Notes: generated from the sequence alone by a model not told the origin. A stretch of DNA of 63,852 nucleotides, filler included, from Choristocarpus tenellus KU-1152 (GCA_964200185.2; 11 parts of 11 records of this genome joined end to end with filler, not necessarily neighbours in it); one strand, 5' to 3'. Shown: positions 41,977 through 58,486, numbered from the whole stretch's first letter. Translations and numbers: made by a program.

Positions 41977-42984
41977 ATGGCTTGCCCAAGCTCATATGGA
42001 TTCTCGTTCAGGTACTTGGGAACCAGTACCCTGAATGTCTCTTCTCTCCATGGGGCTCTGGGCTGTGGTAAGAGAACCCTCGCCCCCTTGGAGATACCTC
42101 CATGGTGGTGACCAAGTGCTGCAGTTCGTTCCTGGCGGGATTTAGGGTCGTCTCCGGGGGCTCCCGACGTCTGCTGATCCACTGGGATCGTTCTAATAGC
42201 CATGCTACCAACTCCTGGATGTTTCCCGATGCTACACGTGCGAACCTTTCCTCCCTCAAGAACTCTACATCATTGGCCAGAAAAGGCCAGAGACCAGGTG
42301 GAGGAGCTTGAACACTCTGATAGCCCCTACAATTGAGTTCCCTCTTTCTAGCCTTGGGGCAGTTACTTCATGCATCAGGAGATCCACTCTGTGCACGAGG
42401 GTGATCGCATGGACGGTGCGAAGCCTGCCAGGGACCTTCTTAACAGTGATGTTTACCTGTTCCAGGATCTCCATCTGGACTTGGTCAAGGGCAGAAGCAA
42501 CACTTGGGGATTGAACGCCCCATGGCAGATATGAATGTTGGGGTAGGTGGTCCAGATTTCCTGGGGGGGGGGGGGAGGGGGGGGGGGGTGGGGGGGGGGG
42601 GAAGGGCAGGCGGGGGGGTTCCCCCTGTTGNNNNNNNNNNNNNNNNNNNNNNNNNNNNNNNNNNNNNNNNNNNNTTAATTAATTAANNNNNNNNNNNNNN
42701 NNNNNNNNNNNNNNNNNNNNNNNNNNNNNNGGGGGTCAAGGGGCAACTTCGTCGCCACCCTACCCCAAAAACCGCCACAGGCTTCATTTAAAGATAAATA
42801 AACAATAGAAATAGGAAGAATTGGGGGGGTAACGAGGGTTTCCTATTGGTGTGTAGAAAAATAAAAAAATAACAATTGTTAGGATGAGTTAGTTAGTTAG
42901 AATAATAACTACTCTTATTATTATTAGTTGGATGAATAAATTGTTATCAAAAACGTAAAGCAGGACCCAAGCAATGCGGTAATC

Positions 42985-43251
42985 GAGTCAAACTATCTTA
43001 GGGTTAGGGTAGAGCCGCGTCCATTTGGGGGCCAAAATCCGACGTTGTGATTTTGATGTCATTTTGGTCATCGTGTTTGTTAGGAAGTGTCAATATCCAT
43101 CATGTTCCGGACTCACCTTTTCGTAGCATACACACTTTAACTATTCCTAAACATTTTAGAGTGGGAAAATGTCATAAAAGAACCCAATGAAAGTCAAGCC
43201 CCAAATGGACAACAGGGCAAAACTCGTAACCTCTATAAGGTACTTTCACTC
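42985..43251 (+). mobile_element. MITE family A copy
   Basis: TIRs; flanks AATC/AATA. Confidence 0.85.
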
Positions 43252-43486
43252 AATAACCTACCCCCATAGAAATATATATATATACACATACGTTCCTCTT
43301 CATCCTATTTGTTGATGTTTTGGTGGGGGTTAGGGTTAGGGTGGTGGTGTGGGGTAAGGTTTAGGGTTAGGGTTATATATGGATATGCTACTATGGATAT
43401 TACTATGGGTATAGCATTGGGTTCTAAAAAAAATGATCAAATTTATTGCTTTCAAAATATCATTACTTCTATCATTGCTGCAAATA

Positions 43487-43751
43487 ACACTACCAATCTT
43501 ACTACTACTAAAATTATCACTACACACTACCAATCTTACTACTACTAACATTATCACTACACACTACCAATCTTACTACTACTAAAATTATCACTACACA
43601 CTACCAATCTTACTACTACTAACATTATCACTACACACTACCAATCTTACTACTACTAACATTATCACTACACACTACCAATCTTACTACTACTAACATT
43701 ATCACTACACACTACCAATCTTACTACTACCAACATTATTACTATACACTA
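43487..43751. repeat. 37-bp minisatellite (~7 units)
   Basis: ATTATCACTACACACTACCAATCTTACTACTACTAAC repeated head-to-tail. Confidence 0.95.
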
Positions 43752-44097
43752 GACAAAAAAGAAGTTAGTTACATTATTATTATTATTATTTATTAGTAGC
43801 ACAAGTTCTTTCTCGCTTCCAGCTTAAATCATGCAAATAAATAATAATAATAATAATACTTGAAAGTAGGAAGGCTCATGGGACTACTAGACTACACTGC
43901 TGCAAGTCTAAACCCTACATTCAAAAACGACATTAACAATGCCGGCGTTACCCCTACAGGTCATTCAGTCACATTAGGGTGAAGGCATTCACTGCCCACA
44001 ACGGCATTGGGATTCGGTGGCTCAAGTAAAATAGTAATATTAACATCACTGGTGTTTGTTTTTAACTATTACTATCAATATTATCATCCACTCTTAT

Positions 44098-44312
44098 TAC
44101 TGTTGTAACTGTTGCTAATATCAACAGTATGACTATTATTATTCTTGTCATTATCATCCTTAATACTGTTGTAACTGTTGCTAATATCATCACTATGACT
44201 ATCATTATTCTTGTCGTTATCATCCTTAATACTGTTGTAACTGTTGCTAATATCATCACTATGACTATCATTATTCTTGTCATTATCATCCTTAATACTG
44301 TTGTAACTGTCA
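44098..44312. repeat. 66-bp minisatellite (~3.2 units)
   Basis: TACTGTTGTAACTGT at 44098, 44164, 44230 and 44296. Confidence 0.95.
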
Positions 44313-45002
44313 CTACAATTATTATTCTGAAGAGTAGGCCAAGTCTGCGCGTTTACTTATTCTTTCAAATACTTAGTTCGAAACTTCCTCTCAATAAAAA
44401 TAAAAAAAAGCTGAGAGAAGGCAGTAAGTAACCTCAAAAGAAATTTTCCAGAAAAAAAAAGTAATACAAGACAAGGAAAAAAAAACAAACAAAAAATGCC
44501 CGCTGTAATTGCTTGAACCGTCGTGTCTCCCATGTCCGTCGAAACATTCGGGTCCGGTTGCTCTAAAACGCCCATTGTCATGGAAAACCCGGATAACACT
44601 GGGGGCTATTTGCTTGCTCTGTGGTGCGATCTGTTCGACAAACAGCTGATCCAATTCGGTCTATAGCGTATGTTGTCCAGCGAACACTTTTCCATGTATA
44701 CCACTCCAAAAAATTGCTGTGGCGCCATGTGAGGATCAAGTGTTCGGATACGTTCACCAAGAGCATCAGTAAATACACCAACAAAATTCACCCTGTTGTT
44801 GTTGCTGCCGAAACAGCTACATTAAAAAAAAAAAAAAAAAAAAAAATTTTCTCTCTGTAACACTCCCACACACACGTTGACACACAATGTACTGGAACTA
44901 CCCGACAAAAAAAATTAAACCAAGAGCGCAGAGCAAAAAATTGTAGTTCCCCACCCTAGCACTGCTGTCCATCATGAGTGTTCTTCAATTGTGTAATGCA
45001 TC

Positions 45003-45039
<37 letters not shown>

Positions 45040-45137
45040 TGCAAACCACCGAAAAAAAACAAGGATGCGATGCTATGTCTGTTCACCCACTGATGAAGAC
45101 AATCGTGTGTTTGATCACTATGTGAAAGCACATGTTC

Positions 45138-45176
<39 letters not shown>

Positions 45177-45349
45177 GTTTGTTTGTTTTTCCTACTGATA
45201 GATCGAAGTGGGCGTGGCACTGACTAAAAAACGTAACATCAGGGAAAGGGGAAAAAGGGAGAGACAGAGAGTCAATTTCAGTATCAGCATGATAGGGGAG
45301 AGTGAGTGGCACATCAAAACCATCTGTTAGTATCCACCTCACAGCTCAC

Positions 45350-46936
45350 CTTGAGCCACCTCTCAATACATTCTTGACCAAACAGGTGGCCGCAGAGAAG
45401 GGCGCAGATTCTGGACAGATGGGAGAGAGAAGTGGAAGAATAGATTATCAAAGGGAAGAGAAACAATAAACGATATTTGGAGAGGCTCAATTGCATAATA
45501 TTGTTTATTGTTTCTATCAAAGGGAAAAAGGTGAGTGTCCCACGCAAGGGCAGGGCAGAAAGAAAGTAGGGGGGGGTGAGGTGAGGGAGTCATCCGCGGG
45601 TGACAGAACTTGATGCAGTGTACGCCACCAGGGGGAGTGTAGGAGGGGGAATAGGTTCGGAATTTGAGGGGCCCAAGTCTTCAGTTGGAAGTGGAGCAAT
45701 GCAAGAGAGGGTGGCTGCAGGCAACATCACTGAGGTTCAGTTACCTAAATCGCATGCTGTGAGAGTATCTACTACTATTGTGGTTGAAGCCTATGTTTGG
45801 GGAAGGGTAAGCAGGCAGCCATCCTCTCCTGCTTTAGTCAATCACTCGTGAAGAAAAGCGTGATGGAGGTGGAAGGAGGGAAGAAAACGTGACGTGGGTG
45901 TCCACTCCCTCGTTACCACTTGGACAGAGAGTATCAAGGATTGATTTGTGGTATGGCATGTTATCCCTCTGCAGGGAGTGAGCTTGCATCGTGCGATGTG
46001 TGGTAGCAGGCGTGGGTATACTGCTCGCATGCCATGTAGGTTTACCTGTGCTTCCCCTCAGAGGTCCACATCTCTAGGCAGATACTGCAACGATCGCCTT
46101 CCTGTGGGCGACAGTCAATCGGGGTGAGGCGTACACAGATAAGGAAGAATGGGGGGAAAGTAATTTGGTTTAGGAGTGGCAAGCTGGTCGGCATAATTCT
46201 CCTGATTTCTGAGATTAAAAGTTTCAATGTGTAGCAATAGACAAGGAAGATTCTATCACGATCCTTCAATTTTGAGGTATGCATAGACAAGATTAAGTTG
46301 GTGGGTACTTGCGTCTTTGCCAACAGAGGTATCAACAACAGCCAACTCTGTGAGTGGAGGTTACTTTGCTTGGAGGGAGGCTAGGTATACCTAAATAACT
46401 ATATCAACCAGTTCTCGGTCGTAGAATGCTCACCTCTGCTTCCGCCTCCTCGGGCGTTTTCTTGCGCTTTGTTCGCTGGGGCTCTTCTCCACCACCTGCA
46501 GCAATGCAAGAACAAGGAGTCACATTTGTTGCATCCACCAAATATCTCCTACTGGCTCCTGAGAACACCTAGGTGTGCTAGTGGTGATTGAAAAATGGTC
46601 AGATGTAACCTAGAAGTAAGGATGTGACAGTGTGGACACTCCATAAGCAGCATGTGATGGAACGCCATAGCGTCCAAAACCAATAAGACGTCCTGTTTTA
46701 GTTGTCACTGCTCACTATCTCGAAACAAACTTACCTTTCAAAGTCAATCGTGCAGCCTCGAGAGTAGTATCTCGATTTGTCAGTACGTTTGAGTTGGCGA
46801 CACTCTCCAGTGATCGCGACCCAAGACTTGGCGTCAAGGACGTCAAAGCTCTAGACCCAACTCTTGGCGTAGATCTACGCATTTCGGATCTCTCACTCAT
46901 ATACTCCAGAAGTGGTGTGGCTGGGTAACTGAGTAC
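45350..46936 (-). CDS. RFWD3: RFWD3-like RING E3 ubiquitin ligase, 5' exons (46735-46936, 46434-46495, 46046-46101, 45350-45410)
   Basis: Spliced CSICLEMWTSEGKHR|ICALLCGHLFGQECIERWLK matches the RFWD3 RING; start codon and WD40 exons not located. Confidence 0.8.
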
Positions 46937-47310
46937 CTACAGGTAAAGCACACTGGAGCAGTAGTCACCCATCTCATTAACTTACAATGACCTCAAAAAG
47001 TCAAAAATCAAATTTGTTGTTGTTGATAAATAAATAAGGGTTAGGGAGAAACCTTCCATCTCAGGGTTAGGGTTCCCTTCATCTCCATCGTATTCCTCAG
47101 AGCCTTGGTTAGTTTTGCGTCTCCCTTCAAATTGTACCTGCCTGATTGTGACGAAGGTCAATGATAGCGAGCTAGTGAGCAACTCTCGAAATCTTCATAG
47201 ATAGGAAGACTTGGAACCTAAACGGTATCAGCTAGACGCCTTCTTTGTGGGTGAGCAATCGAAGGACACTACCTCCCGTTTTCGTAGAAAACGCTATTGT
47301 TGGCTGAAGC

Positions 47311-50348
<3,038 letters not shown>

Positions 50349-53243
50349 GTGCGCCCTGTTTGTGTGTGTGTGTGTGTGCTGGTGCTTGCGGGCCATTGTG
50401 TTGTGTCTGTTTGTCGACATGGAGGTGGGTGTATGCCTGATAGGTATGGACAGGTGCTGAGTTTGGTTCTTTATGGTGTGCTTATGGCATTCTGAAAGCT
50501 GTGCACCTTTTTATGTTTTTGAAGGTGGAGGATGGTGTTGTGTAGGGCATTGAAGCAGTAGAGTGGCATGTGCATTTGTGGTACTCTGAAGTTGGTCATG
50601 ATGGTGTTCGAACCTTGAGGCTCGTTTTAAAGGTTATTGGTTGGTGAAATTGGCGAGGAAGGTGTGTGGAAACTGTACATACTGAGTGCAAATGAACTGT
50701 GCTGAATGTGAATTGAAGGGATTCACGAAGAGATCTTGCTTCTACTACATTTTTTTGTTGCATACATACATGTTATGAGAAGAAGAGAGGGTTGAAATTT
50801 TGAGTCTACCTCTTCTGTGCATTATTGCTTTTGATTGGTTGGATCGGGTCTTGCTGGCCAATTGTTACAATGGATTTGGTTCAGATTTCGCAGTGTATTA
50901 GTCGTGATAATACTGTGGTGTTTAAACAAGATTTTTGGTAGGACTGATGGCAATAGTACATCACCTCAATTTAATCCATTGTACCTACTGCGCTGTGCTC
51001 CAGTGGTCTAACTGTAAGAGGGTAATAACATTGGGCCTTAGCTCTTAGAAATGAGTACCAAGCCTTTCGATTTTTTTAATGGGGTTCTGGTCTAGTTGGA
51101 AATAAGAACGAAATTGTTGGCAGTAGATGTGTAAGTACTCATACCATTCACGGTAAATGTCATGGTATCATATACTACTCTGCCGACTTCTGATATATTT
51201 CTATGTCAAATGTCCCAACTACTCAGCAGTTCGTCCATTAGGAGGTCCTCGTTCAATATGCACTGAAGCCTTTGTGACGGTTTGCTAGGATATCCCACAA
51301 CGCAGTTCACTTCGACAAATCAAATCGCAGACACACATACACACCCGCACATGCACAAGCACCTGAGGATAGTATGTCACTTTTAAGATAGTGCTCACTC
51401 GGCGAATGCCACACTCTAGCCTAGGTATACTTTAGATATCATAGCCTTGTGTATGGAAATGAGTGGCAAGAGTAATTTTGGCTTTGTAGTGTTTGAAAAA
51501 GTGCATGTACCTTTACTTCTGTTGTTTTGGCATGTGGATCAGAGAGTCAAGTTTTTCAGCACCTACAGATACCTTCTTCCTCATTGGCTTGTAGATAATG
51601 ACTCCCCCCTGCAGCACCCCTTGTTNNNNNNNNNNNNNNNNNNNNNNNNNNNNNNNNNNNNNNNNNNNNTTAATTAATTAANNNNNNNNNNNNNNNNNNN
51701 NNNNNNNNNNNNNNNNNNNNNNNNNCCCTTTTTTCGATTTTCACTTTTTGGTGTGATTTGGTCGCACATGTCGGATTTGAAATGTCAGCAAAAAAAGAAG
51801 ACTGTTGGTTAGGTTCCTTTCTGTCCTTGAGTACGCAGGAGGAATGGGAATATATACCAACATTTATTTGGGTTTGGTTATAGGAGTTTCGACGTTTGCA
51901 TGTGTCAGATTTCGAGTCTGTTCATACTGGATTATTGGTTAATGTATGTTGGTCGTGCAGTTACGATGAAGAATAAAGATATATGGGTTAGGTTGTTCCA
52001 GGGCTGGTTATTGGTTTGTTTGGCTGCATGAGTGGGATTTGGTTAGCGCATAAAGAGGGCTGTCGGTTAGGGTGTGTTTTCCCACTGTTAGGGTGAGGAA
52101 TTGAAAAAAGACTATGGATTGTTTTGCGAGGTTGTTTTTTTCGTTTAATTGCTTGCATGAGTCGTGTATGGTATGTACACAAAGAGGACTGTCAGTTAGG
52201 GCCTGTTCTCCCGATGTGTGGACGAGGAACCAAAACATATATCATGTACCGTTTAAAATATAGTACTTCGTTTATTTGTGTGCATGTGTCGGATTTAGTA
52301 TTTAAACAAACGTGGTTGTCGGTGAGGGTGTTATGGTTGAAGCTGTTGGTATGAAGGAAGAGAAAAGGGACAGGTTTTGTTCTTGGGTTAGTGTACCGTA
52401 TCTTTCATGCAATGTATGGACGGATTCTCTGGAGATGTTAGGGTTGAAGTTGTTGGTATTTAGGAAGAGAAAAGGGTCAGGTTTTGTTTTCGGGTTAGTG
52501 TACTGTATCTTTCATGCAATGTGTGGACGGATTCTGGAAGTGTATGCGAACGGTTGTTGGTCAAGGTCTATTGTCGTACGTTTCTCTGAGAGTATTTGTA
52601 GATACACTTCCAAAGGTCCTGGGTTGGTGCTGCGCTTAGGAGCATCGTGCGTGGACTACGGTGTATGATCCTCGAAGGTTTGAAGGAGGACGAGATCGGT
52701 TCTAGTTTGTTGACACTTGGACAAAGTATGAGATGGTATATAGAGTTTTGAGAAGCAGGGGGGAGGTGTATTACAGTGTTCAAGGAATAAATAGCGGCTT
52801 TGAAAAGGACAGGGTATCCATCACAGGCCCTGGCCAATTGTTTGGAAAGGCTAGCTGAGAAGATGGACAAGAGTTCTTTAATTGATATTTTATGTTTTAG
52901 TAGTCTAAGCCTTATATTGGACACGCTCTTTAAACAAATAATAACGCAGGTCTAATCCTCAACATGAGTATGATATATAATACGCTGACGACTCTGACTG
53001 ATAGCATGCATAACTCATCAAATGGAAAGTGCATGAACATGATAGTCGGACACCAAGGCAAGGTACACTGATGCATAAATCAGTGTACCTGTAATTCGAT
53101 CCGTACTTCAACAAAAAACTGAAACGACTGAATCCCTATTCCAATTGGTGAGCAGACTCGAAATTGTATTCGTCACCGTTCTCCCACCATGCTGCAAGCT
53201 TAGGGTAAGCCTCGACAGGAAGATGCCATAGATTTAGGCGTAT

Positions 53244-53501
53244 GAGTCAAAGTATCTTAGAGGGTAGAGCCACTTCCATTTGGGGGCCAAAATCCAATGT
53301 TGCGATATTGATATACTTTTGTGTATCTTGTTTGTTAAGAGGTGTATATATTCTTATTATGGACCCATCTTTCATATCGTATACATTTTACCCTACTCCA
53401 AAACATTTCGGAGTAGGAAAGTGTCATAAAAAACCCGCGGGAAGCCAACCCCGAAATGGACAAACAGGGCAAAAGTCATACCCTCTAAGATACTTTCACT
53501 C
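53244..53501 (+). mobile_element. MITE family A copy
   Basis: TIRs; flanks GTAT/GTGT. Confidence 0.9.
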
Positions 53502-53590
53502 GTGTAGAGTACCTGCTGTTCCAAGGTTCAGGCTTCAGAAGGCACGAGAAGGTGGCCTTCCTCGCATGGAGTGCTTCCACATGCTCGGGA

Positions 53591-53849
53591 GAGTCAAAGT
53601 ATCTAGGAGGGTATAGCCGCGTCCATTTGGGGGTCAAAATCCAATGTTGCAATTTTGATGTAATTTTGGCTATCGTGTTTGTTTGGAGATGTTGATATCC
53701 TTGTTTCGGACACACCTTTTCATAACGTATGCATTTTACCTATTCCGAAAATATTTGGAGCAGGTAAAATGTCATAAAAAAAAGCGTGGGAAACCAAGCC
53801 CAAAAAATGGACAAACAGGGAAACCTCGTATCCTATGGTACTTTCACTC
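53591..53849 (+). mobile_element. MITE family A copy
   Basis: TIRs; perfect TSD GGGA/GGGA. Confidence 0.9.
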
Positions 53850-56800
53850 GGGACGCAACGTGTTGCCTGGCTTCCATCCACGATCGCCGAGTTGAACCTG
53901 TGTGGGCTCATCGACGTAGCATTCATCCCCCGAAACAAGAGAAACGGCCCCTTTACCGGCCTTGATGAGCCTGAACCCATGGTCGTATATGACTTGGGAG
54001 AGGATTTGAGTCTGCACTCGATACTGCGAGGAGCATGTTTCGTTGCCGATCGTAGGAGCTCGGTAATGCACGCCTCCATGAAGGCTTCGGTGATTCCCAC
54101 ATCGGATGCATCGCCAGAGTCGACCACATCCTGTGTGACGAAATTGTCATCACCATGCGATGACGTTTCATCGTCATCGTCGTACCTCGAGGTAGATGAA
54201 GACGGATTTACCGCGTGTCTGCCCTTTTTGGCTGAAGCAAATACGTCTGCTAAGAAGCCAGGTTCTAATGTGCTGCCATCAGGACCATGAGGCTGTTTGA
54301 ATGGTCTCATCTGTCCAGCACTTTCTCTCACCCTCTTCTTCCTAATTATTGTCCTTTTCCCCTTTCCTTTACCCTTTTCGGAAGGCTTGTCCCTCGGTGT
54401 TGGGGTAGGATCGGCATGGACATGGTTCTCACTTCGCCTCACAGTATGGTCGCAGGTGTTCCCTGGCACTTGGAACTCGTTGCCGCCGCTGCCCACCGAA
54501 TGGGCGTTTATGGACATTCCGGGGTCACTCTCGATAGGTGTGGACTCTGAGTCCATGCCTAGCCGCCCACCTACGTCCTCCTGTACAAGTTCCTCTGGAC
54601 CTGACAAAGCGTCACAATCGGGTAGGTCCTCATTGCCTTCAGAGTCTTTTTTCAATCTCTTCTTCCCAATTATCATCCTTTTTCTCTTTCCGTTACCTTT
54701 CACGGAAGGCTTGTCCCTCGTTGTGGTTGGATGGGCAGGGGCGTGGTTCTCACTTTGCCCCACAGTATCGTTGTAGGTGTTCCCTGGCACCTTGGACTCG
54801 TCGCTGCCGCTGCCCACCGAATGGGCGTTTGGAGACATACATGGGTCACTCCTGACAGGCGTGAACTCTGAATCCCTACCTAACCGCCGCCCCNNNNNNN
54901 NNNNNNNNNNNNNNNNNNNNNNNNNNNNNNNNNNNNNTTAATTAATTAANNNNNNNNNNNNNNNNNNNNNNNNNNNNNNNNNNNNNNNNNNNNTCCGGAC
55001 CGAAACGGACGCCCCCTCACAAAGCACCACCCCCCCCCCAGATACTTTGAGCCAATTGCTACAGGCGAATGGTGCAAGTATTTCTTCCCGTGCTTTAACC
55101 AGCACAAGCAGTGTACGCGCGCGTGGAACCCCAAAAGAGGACTCTCCGATTTGCTAAAAGTTGCAGAGTAAGATCTGTAACTTGGGGATGTATGCAACGG
55201 TTCTCAGGTGTATTTTAACGTCCATAAACTGAAATTTTAAAAAAACGGCAAATGATGACAAGAGGCTCCAAAATGGCCCACTCTTAACTGATACCAATTC
55301 TCGTACATGTGCTTAATGATTCATAAGAGTACCCTTATTTGCTGACCAGATATTCATCATCCTCGTTGGACCTTCTGACTGCCGGAGTATCCTAGGAGTC
55401 CTGTACAAGTATCAGCACCATTTATAAGCCTGTGAATCGGAGCTATACTGCTGCGGCGATATGTACTGATGGTGATTTCATAAAACAACAATTTGACCTT
55501 GAAGTCCTAGATTTTATTTATTTGTACTTCTTGACTATTTATTTAATCGCCAGTACAGAACAAGAATAATGTAAATTAGACATGTCAAATATTGTTACAT
55601 AAGTTCTTGTGGTTTCTCGGTTTGTTTTGTCTTTATCCCTCCCGTGACACATGTACAAAATGTCAGTGAGCATAATATGATACGACCTTCTGTTACAATT
55701 ATTGAACAGTAACAGTACAGTATTTCTGACATTTCAATGTTACAGTACAATAGCGAAATGCTGTGGTAAGCCGCCTCTCGTAAAGAAAAATCAAAGTACC
55801 TTGCTCATGGTCACTACGGTCACGAACCTTGCAAATATCTACAGAAGGTTCTACTATTTTTTTTCGCTAATCTAACATCCAATCCAATCCCTGGAATTTC
55901 ATCAACTGGATACGCAAAAAAACGATAACAGTTGATTTATCACACCAAAGTGTACATTATAACGCTGACAAACCTCTCAGATCCCCTCATAAAAGAAGCT
56001 CAATCCTGTTGTTTGGACAGCTTCCAATAATATCCCCAACTCACAAAAATAAATAGATGCCTTTGAAGTACTTAACCTGTGCCATTTATATCAAGCCACA
56101 TTTCCGTATGATAACTAAGGAAAAATATAAAAGCTCTCATTCGCACAAACACATGCAGACATGTATACAGGCATGCACATGTACATACACACACGAACGC
56201 ACCAGGATACACAAATACCTAGTGCAACACGGGGCATCGTTTTGATTTTGATTTTGATTTATGCGCTGATTGCCAACCGTTAGTATGCTAAATTACAGAA
56301 TCCTTGGGTAGGCGTTAACGGTAGGTTCGATATTATATCTTACTAGTGTTTGTTTGAGTTTTTTTTTTTAGATGGACAGTTGATTGTTTGATTGATCGAT
56401 TCTATCGCATTAGTTCGACGCATGATGCAATGGTGGTGCAATATAGTACACCAACATTTCGTAGGTGTTATCATACAGAAAGGAGGCGACATACAACTTG
56501 TTGCGAGTCGTGGTTAGCAAGGGAATTTGAAAAGGAGAACTGAAAACAAACTCCGAGAATCTAACAGAAGCGAAGATCGTTGTAGAGTACAATAATAAAG
56601 AAAGAGAAAAGTAGGAAAGTGAATGAATGGATGCATGCACAAATACACGCTTCGAACTATCACATACAAACAAAAATCCACGTTGTGAAAGAGAAAAGAC
56701 CCAGCAGTCAAATTGGAGACATTTCAACCCCAGCATCATGCCCGCAATATGTTCAGGAAGGGGCATGTATCTACGTCTATGGATAACCATATATCAGAAA

Positions 56801-57366
56801 AATAAGTTAAGGTCCTCTTCACTTACCGGCAACACATATATACCACCATCAGCACCAAAGAAGGTATCTGAGCAAGCCAGACCCCATACCAACCCAAAGC
56901 TCCATTGTAGTGCCGTATGTGATTTGGTGACTGTTTCTGAATTTGTGCTGCGAAATTCGACTACTTTGACCTAATCTATTTCAACTTATATGAAGCCCTT
57001 GGCTTGACCCTCCACACACCTGTGCGAACAGATGAGATCTTCTGGAAGAGAACTCCGTTTTCAACTGGGGTCTCGAAGCGCTCAAGGTATCGTTTTGGAG
57101 GAACCACCCCCAAGTTTTCTGTCTTACCATCTTTCCTTTTGATTTCTTCGCTGTACGTTTCCTAACCGTCAAGTTCTTAAGTAAGCAAGCATTGTTTGTT
57201 CACACACCATGAAATCCGCAAACCGGAGGTGCTTGCATATTTTCATCTCGATGCCCTCACACATACTTCTCATTAGCATTTCCTCCTGTATGATGTGGGG
57301 TGATCCGTACCCCTACACCTACGGAACCCAATGCAGCATTGTAGGAAGTTGCAGTGCTTGATACAA

Positions 57367-57635
57367 GGCCCATAGTATCCTAGAGGAGGGGGGGGGGGTG
57401 TTGTCTAAGAGATCCATTCGGCCTTGATAGGATGTTACAAGATGCTCAAGTTCGATGCCCTTTTTGCGAGTGATTTATTTCGGGCTTGGTCTAGTCACGG
57501 GGATGGAACAGGAAGGTGCCTTTAGATGAAGGAAGTTGCTCTTAAATCTGATGCGTTCACTCCTATGACATGAAATATCAAAGGGTCACACAGGACCCGA
57601 ATGGACGCATAACCCTCTCTAGGATACTATGTCTC
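57367..57635. mobile_element. MITE family E copy
   Basis: CATAGTATCCTAGAG / CTCTAGGATACTATG; flanks CAA/CAA. Confidence 0.7.
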
Positions 57636-58486
57636 CAAAGCTGTTGTCATATTCTTTCCTGAGTGTATACTTCATACAGCTAAACAGAAAAAAATCGAGT
57701 ACTCCAACCTTGAGCAACTGAATCCTCAGATCAAGTACTGTGCTCGCTACTTGGTTGCACAGTAAATTGCTATACTTCGTGAAGTGTCCTCATGCCCGTT
57801 GGATCCAGGTCAGGGATATATACAGTGATATCAGCATCATCATTGATCGAGCCTTTGAGAAAAATCGAGCTTGTCAGTCTGCTTATACCTTTTCCATGCA
57901 GGCTCGATGCACATTACGTCTGTCAAACTATACAAGACCCGAAGGCACATCCCCTCTGCTTCTTTCTCCGACAATATCAGTCTAATGCCTTGCATACTAT
58001 TGCCATCACGGTAACCATATTGACAAACCTCTCTTGAGCCCTTTACATGATATCCAAATAATTGTCAGAAAGCATGCACCATAGAAGTAATTGCCAAGAC
58101 TTCTCCTTGCTCCCTCCTCGTTCACCAATTGTCCTGTGTGTCTTGTCAGGTCTCCTCGTGTAGACATTGCACTCCTTAGGAACACCCCTTACAGGTCCTT
58201 AGCCTCTCAACCATTATGCTAAGAACTGCGGATAAAATACAGGTTGAACAACAATTGGAGCAAGGATACACCCCTGGCAAACGCCTTGATAAAATACCAA
58301 AGCGATCGGAGCACTCCTCACCACACATCTATACACGAGCTCGTATTCTGACGTAAATGACTGACTGAAATATGATTGGCAGGCACAACAAACTTATCCA
58401 CTACAGTCAAAAGGAGGTATCGGTAGACAGAGTCATACTCCTTCTACATATTCATGAGCATATGCCCAATGTCACACACTCTGTTT

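Larger units (their letters stand above)
38200..42500 (-). mobile_element. Degenerate RLE-type (CRE-like) non-LTR retrotransposon, interrupted by later insertions
   Basis: APGPNG.RPSH, LDRRNAFNS, GAQQGDTLSP, RYLDD, GFVALGAPVG, HACTC..RQH, FVVESFGCLG in correct order. Confidence 0.88.
53136..54893 (-). pseudogene. Uncharacterised ORF with a 321-bp internal repeat, interrupted by two MITE A insertions
   Basis: Long ORF with duplicated NAHSVGSG..VPGNT..RDKPS unit; candidate 59-nt intron 53898-53956; frame continues to TAG at 53136 once both MITEs and one TSD each are removed. Confidence 0.55.

Noticed and set aside
43487-43751. 37-bp repeats as a CRISPR array
   Set aside because: Head-to-tail with no spacers, no cas genes, eukaryotic context
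44062-44431. Repetitive Ile/Thr/Val ORFs on both strands
   Set aside because: Translation of the 66-bp minisatellite
53835-54855. Long plus-strand ORFs (also 29090-29611 and 21710-22060)
   Set aside because: Antisense shadows of GC-rich coding exons
56980-58330. Coding-like composition, possible TE relic
   Set aside because: No recognisable motif in any frame
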